Made by a program: the position numbers and the translations under genes. This document shows, piece after piece, positions 1 to 12,592 of a stretch of 64,000 nt of DNA (within the stretch, counting starts at the first letter, position 1; each line of letters opens with the position of its first letter). The notes under the pieces were generated by a model. The model ran no database searches. It had not been told where the DNA came from and saw nothing but the letters and a program-made list of their open reading frames with translations. This stretch comes from the human T2T-CHM13v2.0 reference genome, Homo sapiens. The stretch lies in NCBI RefSeq assembly GCF_009914755.1, contig NC_060938.1; one strand, written 5' to 3'.

Positions 1-1319
1 TGGTCCCGTCTCCGGCTCCACTCCCCTCAGGCAGGAGTGGAAGTCCTGGGCTGGCTTATTCATTTCTAGAGGTCAGTATAATTGCAACATTCTATAGAAG
101 GGAAAATCCAGCAACCTATTTTTAGTAGAGAAGTCTGGTGATCTTTGGCCACATGATGTCACTGGTGGTACAGAAGATTTTTTGCCATCTCTGCCTCAGT
201 GCCATGGGCAAGTTCCCTCCATCAACCTAGTCACGACCTCTTATTGTTCAAATGTAGGCAGGATGTCTTTCTCCCCTCACTGCCATGGCCATGCTGTTTT
301 CCCACAGCCACCACAGCCTGGGCTGCCATTGCCACAGCTCCTCAGTGACCTGGCTCTTCGGTTTAGCTCAGGTAAGTGTAACCCTCTTCCAACAGAGCTG
401 AGTTTGGAGGCCTGCCATCTCACCCCCCGACATTGTTCCTGGAAGCATACGTTTCCCCCTCTCTGAATCCAGGCTGTTCCTTTCTCCCTCATCTAATATT
501 TATTCTCATTTCCCATTCTAGCATCACCACTATCTCTTTTGGGAGAGCAAAACCTCACTTACATAAAAAAATTGTATATTACTCATAATATATCTTATAC
601 ATTTTACCCACATCTTTTCTATTTCCGTGATTCCTTCTATGCCAGAATCCTTCAAATATTACTTAATATTCACTGTTTTGACTTTATCTCTTAAGTTTAG
701 TGCAGTAGGATTTTCCTCGTCTTCCACTTGCACAAAACTTTCATTTTCAAGATCATCAGTGACTATACATATACACACAGGTATTTATTTGGGGAAGAAA
801 TGGTTTAGTCCTACCTCATCTTCAATAAGTTTATAGTATAGTGGGAAGAATATATTAACTACAGGTTAGAGTGGGACCACAAAGAAGAGTGAAGTTATGT
901 TTGCTGATGGTTTTAGTGGAATTAGAAGCAGAGACTAGAGAAATTTCACGGAGTAGGTAGCCCTGTGCTCCTCTTGAAAGATAAGTAGACAGGGAGGGAC
1001 ACTTCAGCAGAGGAAAAAGGGAGCAATAGGTGGAGTGCTTGAAGCCGCCCTGTGTGAATGGGGAAAGGCCATTCACACCAATCTGCAACTCAGAGTATCT
1101 GCAGTATAGGTTAAGTGGATTTAAGTGATACATAGTTGGAATTTTATATGATGGAATAATAATCTGCCCTTACTTTGTAGGGGCTGGGGAGCCACTGAAG
1201 GCTTTAAGTAGGAGAATGTCACAGTCAAGTTGAAATCGTACATTGATCACTCGTGTATCTGTTTAAAAGGTAGTTTGGAATAGAGATAGACTATGGTGAA
1301 CAACACTGATACTCTGCTA

Positions 1320-1634
<315 letters not shown>

Positions 1635-2158
1635 TTAGAATCAAAACAAAGCTTAAAAACCATATAGTCCTTTAGTTGTCTCATTCTACAATTGATATGT
1701 AAATCTACAGTAGGTAGCAAAATTCCTTATAAGGCTGTGTTCCTATATCCAAAACCAGGTTTTTTTCCCAAAAGTTGTTCAAAATAAGAGTAACCATTGT
1801 TAAACAAATAAAGCCCCACTACTATTAATTTAGGCTAATGCAGAATCAAGTGGTCTAGATGAGAAGCAGTGTGATTACAAATCTACCCCTGCAATTTAGA
1901 GCATTTGTCCTGGTGGCTCCCAATTTGAAGCTCATATATTTGAATCACTGTGTGTTTTCTCTGTCCACAGACATCCAAGATGTTTCTCTCTCCACTGGCA
2001 CTGACTAGAGCCTCTCAGTGAGACTCAGGTACATGTGACTTGACAAACAGGTTCCTCCAACCCCTCAAGAAGAATTAACAAGTGCTAATCACTGGAAGCA
2101 CACCCAAGGAAGGGGGCTCATATAAATAGTGGTAAGAGATAAGAATAAGAAGGATTCC

Positions 2159-2436
2159 TTTTTTTTTTTTTTTTTTGAGATGGAGTTTCACTCTGTCGTG
2201 CAGGCTGAAGTGCAGTGGCCCAATCTCCCAGGTTCAAGGGATTCTCCTGCCTCAGCCTCCCGAGTAGCTGGGGTTACAGGCATGTGCCACCACATCTGGC
2301 TAATTTTTGTAGTTTTACTTGAGACGGGGTTTCACCATGTTGAACAGGCTGGTCTTGAACTCCTGACCTCAGGTGATCTGCCTGCCTTGGCCTCCCAAAC
2401 TGCTGGGATTAGAGGCGTGAGCCACTGCACCTGGCC
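2159..2436 (-). mobile_element. AluS SINE with small internal deletion
   Basis: Poly-T followed by reverse-complement Alu body, ending ...CACCTGGCC. Confidence 0.9.
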
Positions 2437-3301
2437 TTGATTCTAAATTTTTATATTTATTATTTCAATTGGTTTTGGGGGGACAGGTGATGTTTGGTTA
2501 CATGAACAAGTTCTTTAGTGGTAATTTCCGAGATTTTGGTGCACCCATCACCCAAGCAGTGTATACTGCACCCAATTTGTAGTCTTTTATCCCTCACCAC
2601 CCTCCCAGCCTTTTCCCCTGAGCCCCCAAAGTCCATTGTGTCATTCTTATGCCTTTGCATCCTCATAGTTTAGCTCCCACTTATGAGTGAGAACATACGA
2701 TGTTTGATTTTCCATTCCTGAGTTACCTCACTTAGAATAGTGGTCTCCAACTCCATCCAGGTTGCTGCGAATGCCATTATTTCACTTGTTTTTATGTCTG
2801 AGTGGTATTCCACGGTGTATGTGTGTGTGTGTATATACATATATCACAATTTCTTTATCTACTCCTTGATTGGTGGGCATTTGGGCTGGTTTCCTATTTT
2901 GCAATTGCAAATTGTGCTGCTATAAACATGTGTGTGCAAGTATTTTTTTCGTATAATGACTTCTTTTCCTCTGGGTAGATACCCAGTAGTGGGATTTCTG
3001 GATCAAATGGTAGTTCTACTTTTAGTTCTTTAAGGAATCTCCACACTGTTTTCCATAGTGGTTGTACTAGTTTACATTCCCAATAGCAGTGTAAAAGTGT
3101 TCCCTTTTCATCACGTCCATGCCAACCTCTATTATTTTTTGTTTTTTTATTATGGCCATTCTTGCAGGAGTAAGGTGGTATCGCATTGTGGTTTTGATTT
3201 GCATTTCCCTGATCATTAGTGATGTTGAGCATTTTTTCATGAGTTTGTTGGCCACTTGTATATCTTCTTTTGAGAATTTTCTATTCATGTCCTTAGCCCA
3301 C

Positions 3302-3907
<606 letters not shown>

Positions 3908-4098
3908 CTTAGCAGACTTTCTGATGGGATTGTTTGTTTTTTTCTTGCTGATTTGTTTGAGTTCCTTGTAGATCCTGGATATTAGTATTTTGTCAGATGT
4001 ATTGACTGTGAATATTTTCTCCCACTCTGTGGGTTGTCCATTTACTCTGCTGGTTATTTCTTTTGCTGTGCAGAAGCTTTTTGGTTTAATTAAGTTCC

Positions 4099-4396
4099 AG
4101 CCAGGCGCGGTGGCTCAAGCCTGTAATCCCAGCACTTTGGGAGGCCGAGGCGGGTGGATTACGAGGTCAGGGGTTCAAGACCAGCCTGACCAAGATGGTG
4201 AAACCCCTTCTCTACTAAAAATACAAAAAAATTATCCAGATTTGGTGGCAGGCACCTGTAATCCCAGCTACTTGAGAGGCTGAGGCAGAGAATTGCTTGA
4301 ACCCGGGAGGCGGATGTTGCAGTGAGATGAGATCATGCCACTGCACTCCAGCATGGGTGACAGAGCAAGACTCCATCTCAAAAAAAAAAAAAAAAA
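4099..4396 (+). mobile_element. AluS SINE inserted in L1
   Basis: Full Alu body; AATTAAGTTCC target-site duplication. Confidence 0.9.
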
Positions 4397-5047
4397 ATTA
4401 AGTTCCATCTATTTATCTTTGTTTCTGATGCATTTGCTTTTGGGTTCTTGGTCATAAATTCTTTGCCTAAACCAATGTCTAGAAGAGTTTTTCTGATGTT
4501 ATCTTTTAGAATCTTTATGGCTTCAGGTATTAGACTTAAGTCTTTGATCCATCTTGAGTTGATTTTTGTATAAGGTGAGAGATGAGGATCCAGTTTCATT
4601 CTTCTACATGTGGCCAGCCTATTATCCCAGCACTATTTGTTGAATAGGGAGTCCTTTCCCCACTTTATGATTTTGCTTGCTTTGTGGAAGATCAGTTGGC
4701 TGTAAATATTTGGATTTATTTCTGGGTTCTCTCTTCTGTTCCATTGGTCTACATGCTTATTTTTATACCAGTACCATGCTGTTTTGTTTGGGTGACTATG
4801 GCCTTACAGTATAGTTTGAAGTTGGGTAATGCGATGCCTCCAGATTTGTTGTTTTTGCTTAGTACTGCTTTGGCTGTATGGGATTGTTTTTGGTTCCACA
4901 TGAATTTTAGGATTGTTTTTCCTAGTTCTGTGAAGAATGATGATGATATTTTCATGAAAATTGCATTGAATGTGTAGACTGCTTTTGGCAGTATGATCAT
5001 TTTCACAATATTGATTCTACCCATTCTACCCATTCTACCCATCCGTG

Positions 5048-6025
5048 CCTAGGCAGGTAGAGAAAGACCATCAGGTGGGGGCAGGGCTAGGCATGTCTGA
5101 GCTCAGACTCTCCTTGGATGGGGCTTGCTGCCACTGCTGCGGGGGGTGGAGGTGTGGTTCTCAGGCCAATGGAGTTATGTTCCCAGGGGGATCATGGCTC
5201 CCTCTGCTGTGTCACGCAGGTCTCCAGGGAAGTGGGGGAAAGTCGGCAGTTACAGGCCTCACTCAGCTCCCATGCAGCCCAAAAGGCTGGTCTCGCTCCC
5301 ACCATGACCCTCCTTTCCCACTCGCAACAACACTGAGTTTATTTCCAGGCAGAGGGTGAGCAGAGCTGAGAACTTGCCCGGGGCTACCAGCCTCCTGGCT
5401 GAGAAAGCAAGCAGGGCTTTCAGGTTTCACACCCCCTGCCTGCCATGGCTTCTGTGCTGTGTCTGCGCTCCGATTCACCCCCTCCCCTAGGTTCTGTCCA
5501 GGAAACTTTGCGTTTGGTGGAAATTGTTACAAGGTTCAGCTGGAAGTTTTCTTCTCCCTATGGTCTTTTCCTAGTTCTTCTGGCAGCCCTTCCCAAAGCT
5601 CCTGTGAGACAAAGTTAGAAATGGCTTCTCTGGGGACTGAGGGTACCCAAAGGGCTCTTCCCACCTCTTCTTCTACCCCTGTATTTTGCTCAGCTCTCTA
5701 AATTTGTCTCAGCTGTATATGAGGTCAAATTCTTCTCCTGTGATTTGGGCCTTCAGATTCCCCAATGAGGGTGTGTGTTTGGGGGCAGATGATCCTTCTT
5801 TCACACTTTCACACTTTGGGCACTCACAGTTTTTCAGCTGTCTCCGGGGGCCTGCAGCAGCAACCCACTTCCTCCAAAAGGTCTGTGGATTATCTCAGCT
5901 TTCCTGGTATGTTTTTGTGGTAGTCCTTGGAGCAAAAGTTTATGATGTGAGTCTCCACACGCTGCTCTGTGCGTCCAAGTGGGAGCTGCAAGTTAGTCCT
6001 GTCTCCTATCTGCCATTTTTCTGAA
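5048..6025 (-). mobile_element. L1PB(a)-type 5' UTR
   Basis: GC-rich segment whose minus strand begins ...AAAATGGCAGATAGGAGACAGGACTAACTTGCAGCTCCC, typical of an L1PB 5' end. Confidence 0.7.
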
Positions 6026-6174
6026 GTTCTCTGGTCTGAATTCTTCAGTGCCTTCTCACTGCCCTAAGGACTAAGTCCAAACTCTCCAGCCTGGCTTTAA
6101 GGGCCACCTTGAGCTCTTTTTTATATTTTTGATAGGGAAAGAACATTTTAATCCTTGGGGGTGTGTGTATAAAA

Positions 6175-6208
6175 TGGCAATGATATGTGGTGTCACAAGA
6201 TGGCAACA
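6175..6208 (+). promoter_or_regulatory. Candidate CTCF site upstream of TRAV1-1
   Basis: Core GTCACAAGATGGCAAC with upstream-motif-like TGGCAATGAT; paralogous to 28961-28995. Confidence 0.45.
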
Positions 6209-6663
6209 TTATATTTATTATATCCAGGTGCTATGAGCCTACTATGTGCAGTAAATAGAAAATAATGCTTTTAGTGGGTTCATAAGGATATAAATTGCCT
6301 TTGAAATTTTTTTTCTTACAGCGTGTTTATTTCTATCTTTATCCTAGTTGCATGCAGTTTATTTCAATTTTTTTCATCCCTGGCACTAAAAATTTAAGTT
6401 TCTCGTTTTCTACTAATTTTTATGAAACATGGGCAAAATGCACAAATAATGCTGTTTAAGGTGAGGAGGCAGGCAATACCCCCTCTCCACCGCATTCTCA
6501 ATCCACCTACTGCTGCACCAAAGTCTGCTGTTGTACAAGCGACTGAATTCAGCATATACAAGTTATACTATATACTTACGAAAATCAAGGAGAAACTTAA
6601 GTCAGAATGGACCCAGCAGTAGTTTTAACACTTTTTTTCCCCATGGTGCAACAGTAGCATCAG

Positions 6664-7180
6664 TTTTTTTTTTTGAGACAGGGTCTTGCTTTGTTGCCCA
6701 GATTGGAGTACAGTGGCATGATTATAGTTCATTGCAGCCTCGAACTCCTGGGCTCAAGTGATCCTCCCTTGTTGGCCTCTTGAATAGCTGAAACTACAGG
6801 TGCCTGCCAACATGCTTGGATAATTTTTAAATTTTTTTGTGGAGACAAGGGTTTTTTCTATGTTGCCCAGGCTGATCTCCTTATATTGCCCAGGGTTCAA
6901 GTGATCTTCCTGCCTCAGCCTCCCAAAGTGGTGCAATCATGGCTCACTGCAGCCTTGACCTTTTGGGCTCAGGTGATCCTCCCACCTCAGCCTCCTTTGT
7001 AGCTGGGACCACAGGTGCATAACACCATGCCTGGCTAGTTTTTTATTTTTATTTTTTGTAGAGATGGGGTCTCCTTATGTTGGCCAGGCTGGTCTCCAAC
7101 TCCTGGGCTCAAGTGATCCTCCTGTCTCAGCCTCTGAAAGTGCTGGGATTAAAGGCGTGAGCCACTATTCCTAGTCCTGG
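6664..7180 (-). mobile_element. Fused tandem AluJ elements (four arms)
   Basis: Left arm of one Alu joins the right arm of a second at AGTG (6927-6930). Confidence 0.8.
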
Positions 7181-7399
7181 CCAATTTTAACATTCTTGAT
7201 TCCATAGCTTTCTTTGTGGGAAGATGATTTTGACTCTGTGGCAAAAAGGAGCAGCAAAGATTTAAAATGCCAGTCAGACAGCAGGTTACAAAAGTTGAAC
7301 TGTGCTCATGGCAGGACTCAGTAAATACCTTTTTAAAAAATATAGTACATTGATTTCAAGCATAGTGAGATTCTCCAACATCTATGAACATTGGTTCAC

Positions 7400-8090
7400 G
7401 TAACATACAATTTATTCTTTTAAGGTATATTACTTAGGAATTTTTAGTATATTTGCAAAGTTGTGAATTGATTACTAGCTAATTCCTGAACATTTTTATC
7501 ACTTCAAAAAGAAATCCCATACTCATTAGTAGCCCCTCCCTGTACTTACCCTGGCTCTCCCAGCCCCCAATTCCTGGCAACTGTTAATTAACTTTTTATT
7601 TGTATGGATTTGCCTATTCTGAACATTTCACACAAATGGAATCATACAATACATGATCTTTTGAGTCTGACTTCTTTCACAAAGCAAAATGTTTTCAAGG
7701 GCCATCCATGTTGTAGCATGTAATTAATACTTCATTCCTTGTAATGGCTGAATAATATTTCATTTTATGGATATACCATATTTTATCAGTTTATCAGGTG
7801 ATGGGACATTTCAGTTGTTTACACTTTTTGGCTAGTGGGAATAATGCTGCTATTAGCATTTATGTACAAGTTTTTGTGTGAACATATGTTTTTATTTCTT
7901 TTGGATAAATACCTAGAATTCCTGGGTCGTATGGTAAATCTATGTTTAATGTTTTGAGGACCTAGCAAACTGTTTTCCAAGTGGTTGCACCATTTTAAAT
8001 TTCCACCAGCAATGTATGAAGTTTCTAACTTCTCCACATTCTTGCCAACACTTGTTATTGTAGGTCTTTCTTTAATTGTAGCCATCTTTG
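7400..8090 (-). mobile_element. L1M (L1MB-like) 3' fragment
   Basis: Degenerate L1 3' UTR/ORF2 end (ORF 7819-8085: MATIKERPTITSVGKNVEKLE...). Confidence 0.75.
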
Positions 8091-8263
8091 ATATTAAATA
8101 GTATTAATGAGAGGCCAATAGGTATGAAAAATAGGTATGAAACAATTTTGTAGACATAAGAAATTTCTTTCTGAGACATCTGATAAATAGTTTAACATAT
8201 TGTTGAAGTTTCCATTTTTTCCTCTCTGTTTTCCTCCTTTTTTCTCAGATCTTTCTTCCTCTA

Positions 8264-8560
8264 TTTTTTTTTTTTTTTGAAATGGAGTCTCACTCTGTTG
8301 CCCATGCTGGAGTGCAGTGGCCTGATCTCAGCTCACTGCAACCTCTGCCTCCTATGTTCAAGTGATTCTCCTGCCTCAGCCTCCTGAGTAGCTGGGATTG
8401 CAGGTGTATGCCACCACACCTGGCTAATTTTTGTATTTTTAGTAGAGATGGGGTCTTACCATGTTGACCAGGCTGGTCTCAAACTCCTGACCTCAAGTGA
8501 TCTGCCTGCCTTGGCCTCCCAAAGTGGTGGGATTACAGGTGTGAGCCACTGCTCCCAGCT
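8264..8560 (-). mobile_element. AluS SINE
   Basis: Poly-T plus full reverse-complement Alu. Confidence 0.95.
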
Positions 8561-9121
8561 CTTTTTTCCTGTTATACCTCTTTTCTTTCCTTTAGTTTTT
8601 TAAAAAATTACATAATCAAACATGTCTATTTTAACATTAACCAATAGAGGGATGTACCAAAAAAAATTAACTCAACTCACTGCAACCCACTGCAACCCCT
8701 GACATAACCAATGTTAGTAGTTTATTGAGTATATCCTCACACTTTTAAAAATGTATGCATATGTACATAAGTTTATGATAAAAATATCATTCAATACTCA
8801 TCACTCTGCAACTTACTTTTGAATATATTAAAGATTATTTCTATATTAGCTGTTGTAAGCACACTTAAATGGTAGGTAAATTTCCTTGTCTTTCTAGCTT
8901 CCAAAATATATATGACACACAAACAAACAATATTTAGTATATGCACACACACACTGCATCTCTAATTGATCCTGGATTTCATTTTGTTGTATCATGAGAA
9001 AGAAAACTGTTAGTATGGTCAAATTGACTAGTTTTGACTTTGCCTTATGTTCCCATTTGTTTTCTCTGTTCTTTACATGTTCGATGTTCACCATAATCAC
9101 TTGGATTAAAATGTGTGGATT

Positions 9122-9245
9122 AGTTTTTGGAGATAGGGACCTCACCATGTTGCTTAGGCTGGTCTCCAGTTCCTGGCCTCAAGGGATTCTTCTACCTCAG
9201 CGTCTTGAGTAGCTGGGATTACAGGCATAAGCCACTGTGCCCAGC
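9122..9245 (-). mobile_element. Alu monomer (FLAM-like) upstream of TRAV1-1
   Basis: Single left arm; TSD TTAAAATGTGTGGATT (9106-9121) / TTAAAACCTGTGGATT (9246-9261). Confidence 0.85.
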
Positions 9246-9261
9246 TTAAAACCTGTGGATT

Positions 9262-9497
9262 TATCAGTAGAAAATGTTCATGTAAAGATACTCCTGTAAG
9301 AGAAACCATAGCTGCTCCAGTGGAAGGAAGCTTAAACTCATCCCTTCAAGAAAGAAGCTCCTCCCTTTGTATTTCTACTGGGTTTTGCATCCGGACTGAT
9401 CTTCCTTCCCTCACCCACATGAAGTGTCTACCTTCTGCAGACTACAGTGGCTCAGGAACCGGGGATGCAGTGCCAGGCTCATGGTATCCTGCAGCAG
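9262..9497 (+). promoter_or_regulatory. TRAV1-1 promoter / 5' UTR
   Basis: Directly upstream of the leader ATG; highly similar to the TRAV1-2 upstream region; contains TTCCT (Ets-like), CACCC and CACATG (E-box) motifs. Confidence 0.7.
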
Positions 9498-10161
9498 ATG
9501 TGGGGAGCTTTCCTTCTCTATGTTTCCATGAAGATGGGAGGTAAGTCTCAATCTAATAGTAAATGCTGCTAGGAATTTTCAAAACAATTTCCTTTCAGCT
9601 AAATTATTGCAAATTTTGACATTTGTAATGAGAGTATTTCCTGAATATGCATTTTCCTAACGTGGTGCTAATTGTCCTCCTGTTACTATTGCTGCTGCTG
9701 TTACTGCAACCATTTATTTCAGTCTAAGAAATTCTCCCATCAATGGCAGTTCTTTTGTGACCACATGGAAGCATCATTTAAAAAATTATTCCAATAGTTT
9801 TTGGAGGAAACATCATTTTTAATAATGATGGGGCTTCTGGGGGTGCTGCCCTAGTAACAATCATGTATCTTGTCATAGGCACTGCAGGACAAAGCCTTGA
9901 GCAGCCCTCTGAAGTGACAGCTGTGGAAGGAGCCATTGTCCAGATAAACTGCACGTACCAGACATCTGGGTTTTATGGGCTGTCCTGGTACCAGCAACAT
10001 GATGGCGGAGCACCCACATTTCTTTCTTACAATGCTCTGGATGGTTTGGAGGAGACAGGTCGTTTTTCTTCATTCCTTAGTCGCTCTGATAGTTATGGTT
10101 ACCTCCTTCTACAGGAGCTCCAGATGAAAGACTCTGCCTCTTACTTCTGCGCTGTGAGAGA
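9498..10161 (+). CDS. TRAV1-1: T-cell receptor alpha variable 1-1 gene segment: leader exon 9498-9540, intron 9541-9878, V exon 9879-10161
   Basis: Leader [14 protein letters not shown] with GTAAGT donor; CATAG acceptor; V domain [10 protein letters not shown]...INC, CDR1 TSGFYG, WYQQ, CDR2 NALDGL, YFCAVR; followed by an RSS. Confidence 0.97.
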
Positions 10162-10200
10162 CACAGTGACTATGAGGCCTCCTTAACTGTGCCAAAATTC
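10162..10200 (+). other. 23-RSS of TRAV1-1
   Basis: Heptamer CACAGTG 10162-10168, 23-bp spacer, nonamer CCAAAATTC 10192-10200. Confidence 0.95.
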
Positions 10201-11048
10201 AAAAGACAATCAGTGGAGTACAGGTGGGCTTGAGAAGTTCTAGAACTTCCTGAGTGTATCTTTGCTTACCGTCTAATTTTAAACTTGTTTAGAATATGTA
10301 GCATAGGGCTCTGAGACGGAACCCCATTATTTTCTGAACCATTGATTGCTAAAGAGAAGGATAAACTATTTTCTCTCTCTCTTTCTTCTTTAGTTTCTTC
10401 TTTTCCTCTTCCTCCTGCTTATTTATGCCTCCAGTATCCTGTGGTTCCACGTATGGAAGATGGAATTTACTTTTGGAGGAAGCTTTTTATACAAGGGAAG
10501 GATCCCTTGGTGAGTGCTTTAGTTTATGCAGTAGTAAGTTACATTCATATTCATGTATCCTTGGGAGGCTCTGAAATTTGTGAAGTAAATGCAAATTCCT
10601 CAGCTTGAGATAGTACGATTTCATTTAATTATGTCAAATATATCCTCATTTTTGTATTTACCTGAGTGATAATGTTGATATTATTTAGCATTTTTTGGTG
10701 GATTTATCCAACATATTGGAGAGTGTGGGGGCTGTGGACTTAGAGGGTGAAGAGAAGATCATGGAGAGCTCTTCTCTGTGAAACAGAAGAGTGAGGTCAT
10801 GCGATGAGGTGGGGGTCAAGTGTGGAAGGAGTTGGTCAGTAGGGAATTCCTGTAAAAGCACTGGATAATGGACAGAACAGTAATATAAAATATTCAGTTT
10901 AAAGATTTTCTTTTACTGAATTGTAATTTTTGTGTGCTATCCTAAATGTTTTTGAAGTTTGTTAAACATTACAGCCTACATAGTTTGTCCTTAGAGGGCA
11001 ATGCAGAATTTCTTCCCCATAGGTGAATTATTTTTTGGCTTAGTACAT

Positions 11049-11382
11049 TTATGTATGTATGTATGTATGTATGTATGTATGTATGTATGTATGTATGTAT
11101 GAATGATGGAGTCTCGCTCTGTCACCCAGGCTGGAGTGCAGTGGCCCAATCTCGGCTCACTGCAAGCTCCGCCTCCTGGGTTCACGCCATTCTCCTGCCT
11201 CAGCCTCCTGAGTAGCTGGGCCTACAGGCATCGGCCACCACGCCTGGCTAATTTTTTCTATTTTTAGTAGAAAGGGAGTTTTACCGTATTAGCCAGGATG
11301 GTCTTGGTCTCCTGACCTCATGATCCACCAGCCTCGGCCTCCCAAAGTGCTGGGATTACAGGCGTGAGCCACTGCGCCGACC
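11049..11382 (-). mobile_element. AluY with (ATGT)n microsatellite tail
   Basis: (ATGT)n about 11051-11101, then an Alu body with AluY-type GCAAGCTCCGCC and TTAGCCAGGATGG. Confidence 0.9.
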
Positions 11383-12213
11383 TCTATTAGCTAATTTTTA
11401 ATGACTTATTTTGGGGTAAACAGAATAAGAGGGACTTGGTGGTAGGGAGTAGAAAGGTAGAGTGGATGGTTTTCACTCAACAAATATTTTATTGAATACT
11501 TATATGTGCTAGGCACTCTTTCAATTGCTATGGTGCATCACTAAATAAAACATACCTGCACTGAGGTTGCTTATGTTCTTGTGAAGAGAGAGAGTAAGTA
11601 GATGTTTTAGCAGACTTTGAAAGCACAGGGAAAATACATTTGACCCTCAGAACTCAGCTTCATTTTCTTTAATAGGAAGAGAGCTGAGATGTATGTAAGC
11701 AATGCTGATGTCCTGTGCTTGTTATAATTTTATAATATAAATTAATCATCAGCTGAATAAGGGCTGTATAACATTGGATAGTTATAAGACTGCAAGTCAA
11801 GTTATCCAAAGAATCTCAGTCTTTCAAATTATTCAAATGTAGCTGTGTCTATAGTGGGACTCTATATAAAATCAGAAAGATACTGAACGTTTGAATGGAG
11901 AATCTAACACTGAGGCAAATGACCTTTAACATGTGAGTTATTTGTAAAAATGAAAAAAATTTCGAGTGCTTCATTGAAATCAAGAAGGAGATAAAGTCTA
12001 AAAAACTTTCAGCAAGGAGTGAATGGTCAATGGAAATGAACTATACAAAATCAATTATCTTAAATTTGAAGACGTGTAAGTTACTGATATTCTCCTTAAT
12101 CAGTATGCTATCTTTTTATCTTTTTAATTTAGTGACCATGAAGAGTATCCGTAAGAACTTTTATAGGTTCATTTTGACCTTGTTTTCATATCTATTTTCT
12201 CCTAAAGTCTTAA

Positions 12214-12592
<379 letters not shown>

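Noticed and set aside
9863-10186. TRAV ORFs starting MYLVIG/MYLVLG and ending DTVTMRPP/L (also 30946-31269)
   Set aside because: The ATGs are intronic and the tails read through the RSS; the true product needs leader splicing and V-J joining
11392-11404. Near matches to the OR H/P-enhancer 13-mer AACTTTTTAATGA (also about 30895 and about 32193)
   Set aside because: Imperfect matches in AT-rich DNA without adjacent O/E sites; the H enhancer is expected upstream of OR4E1, beyond this window
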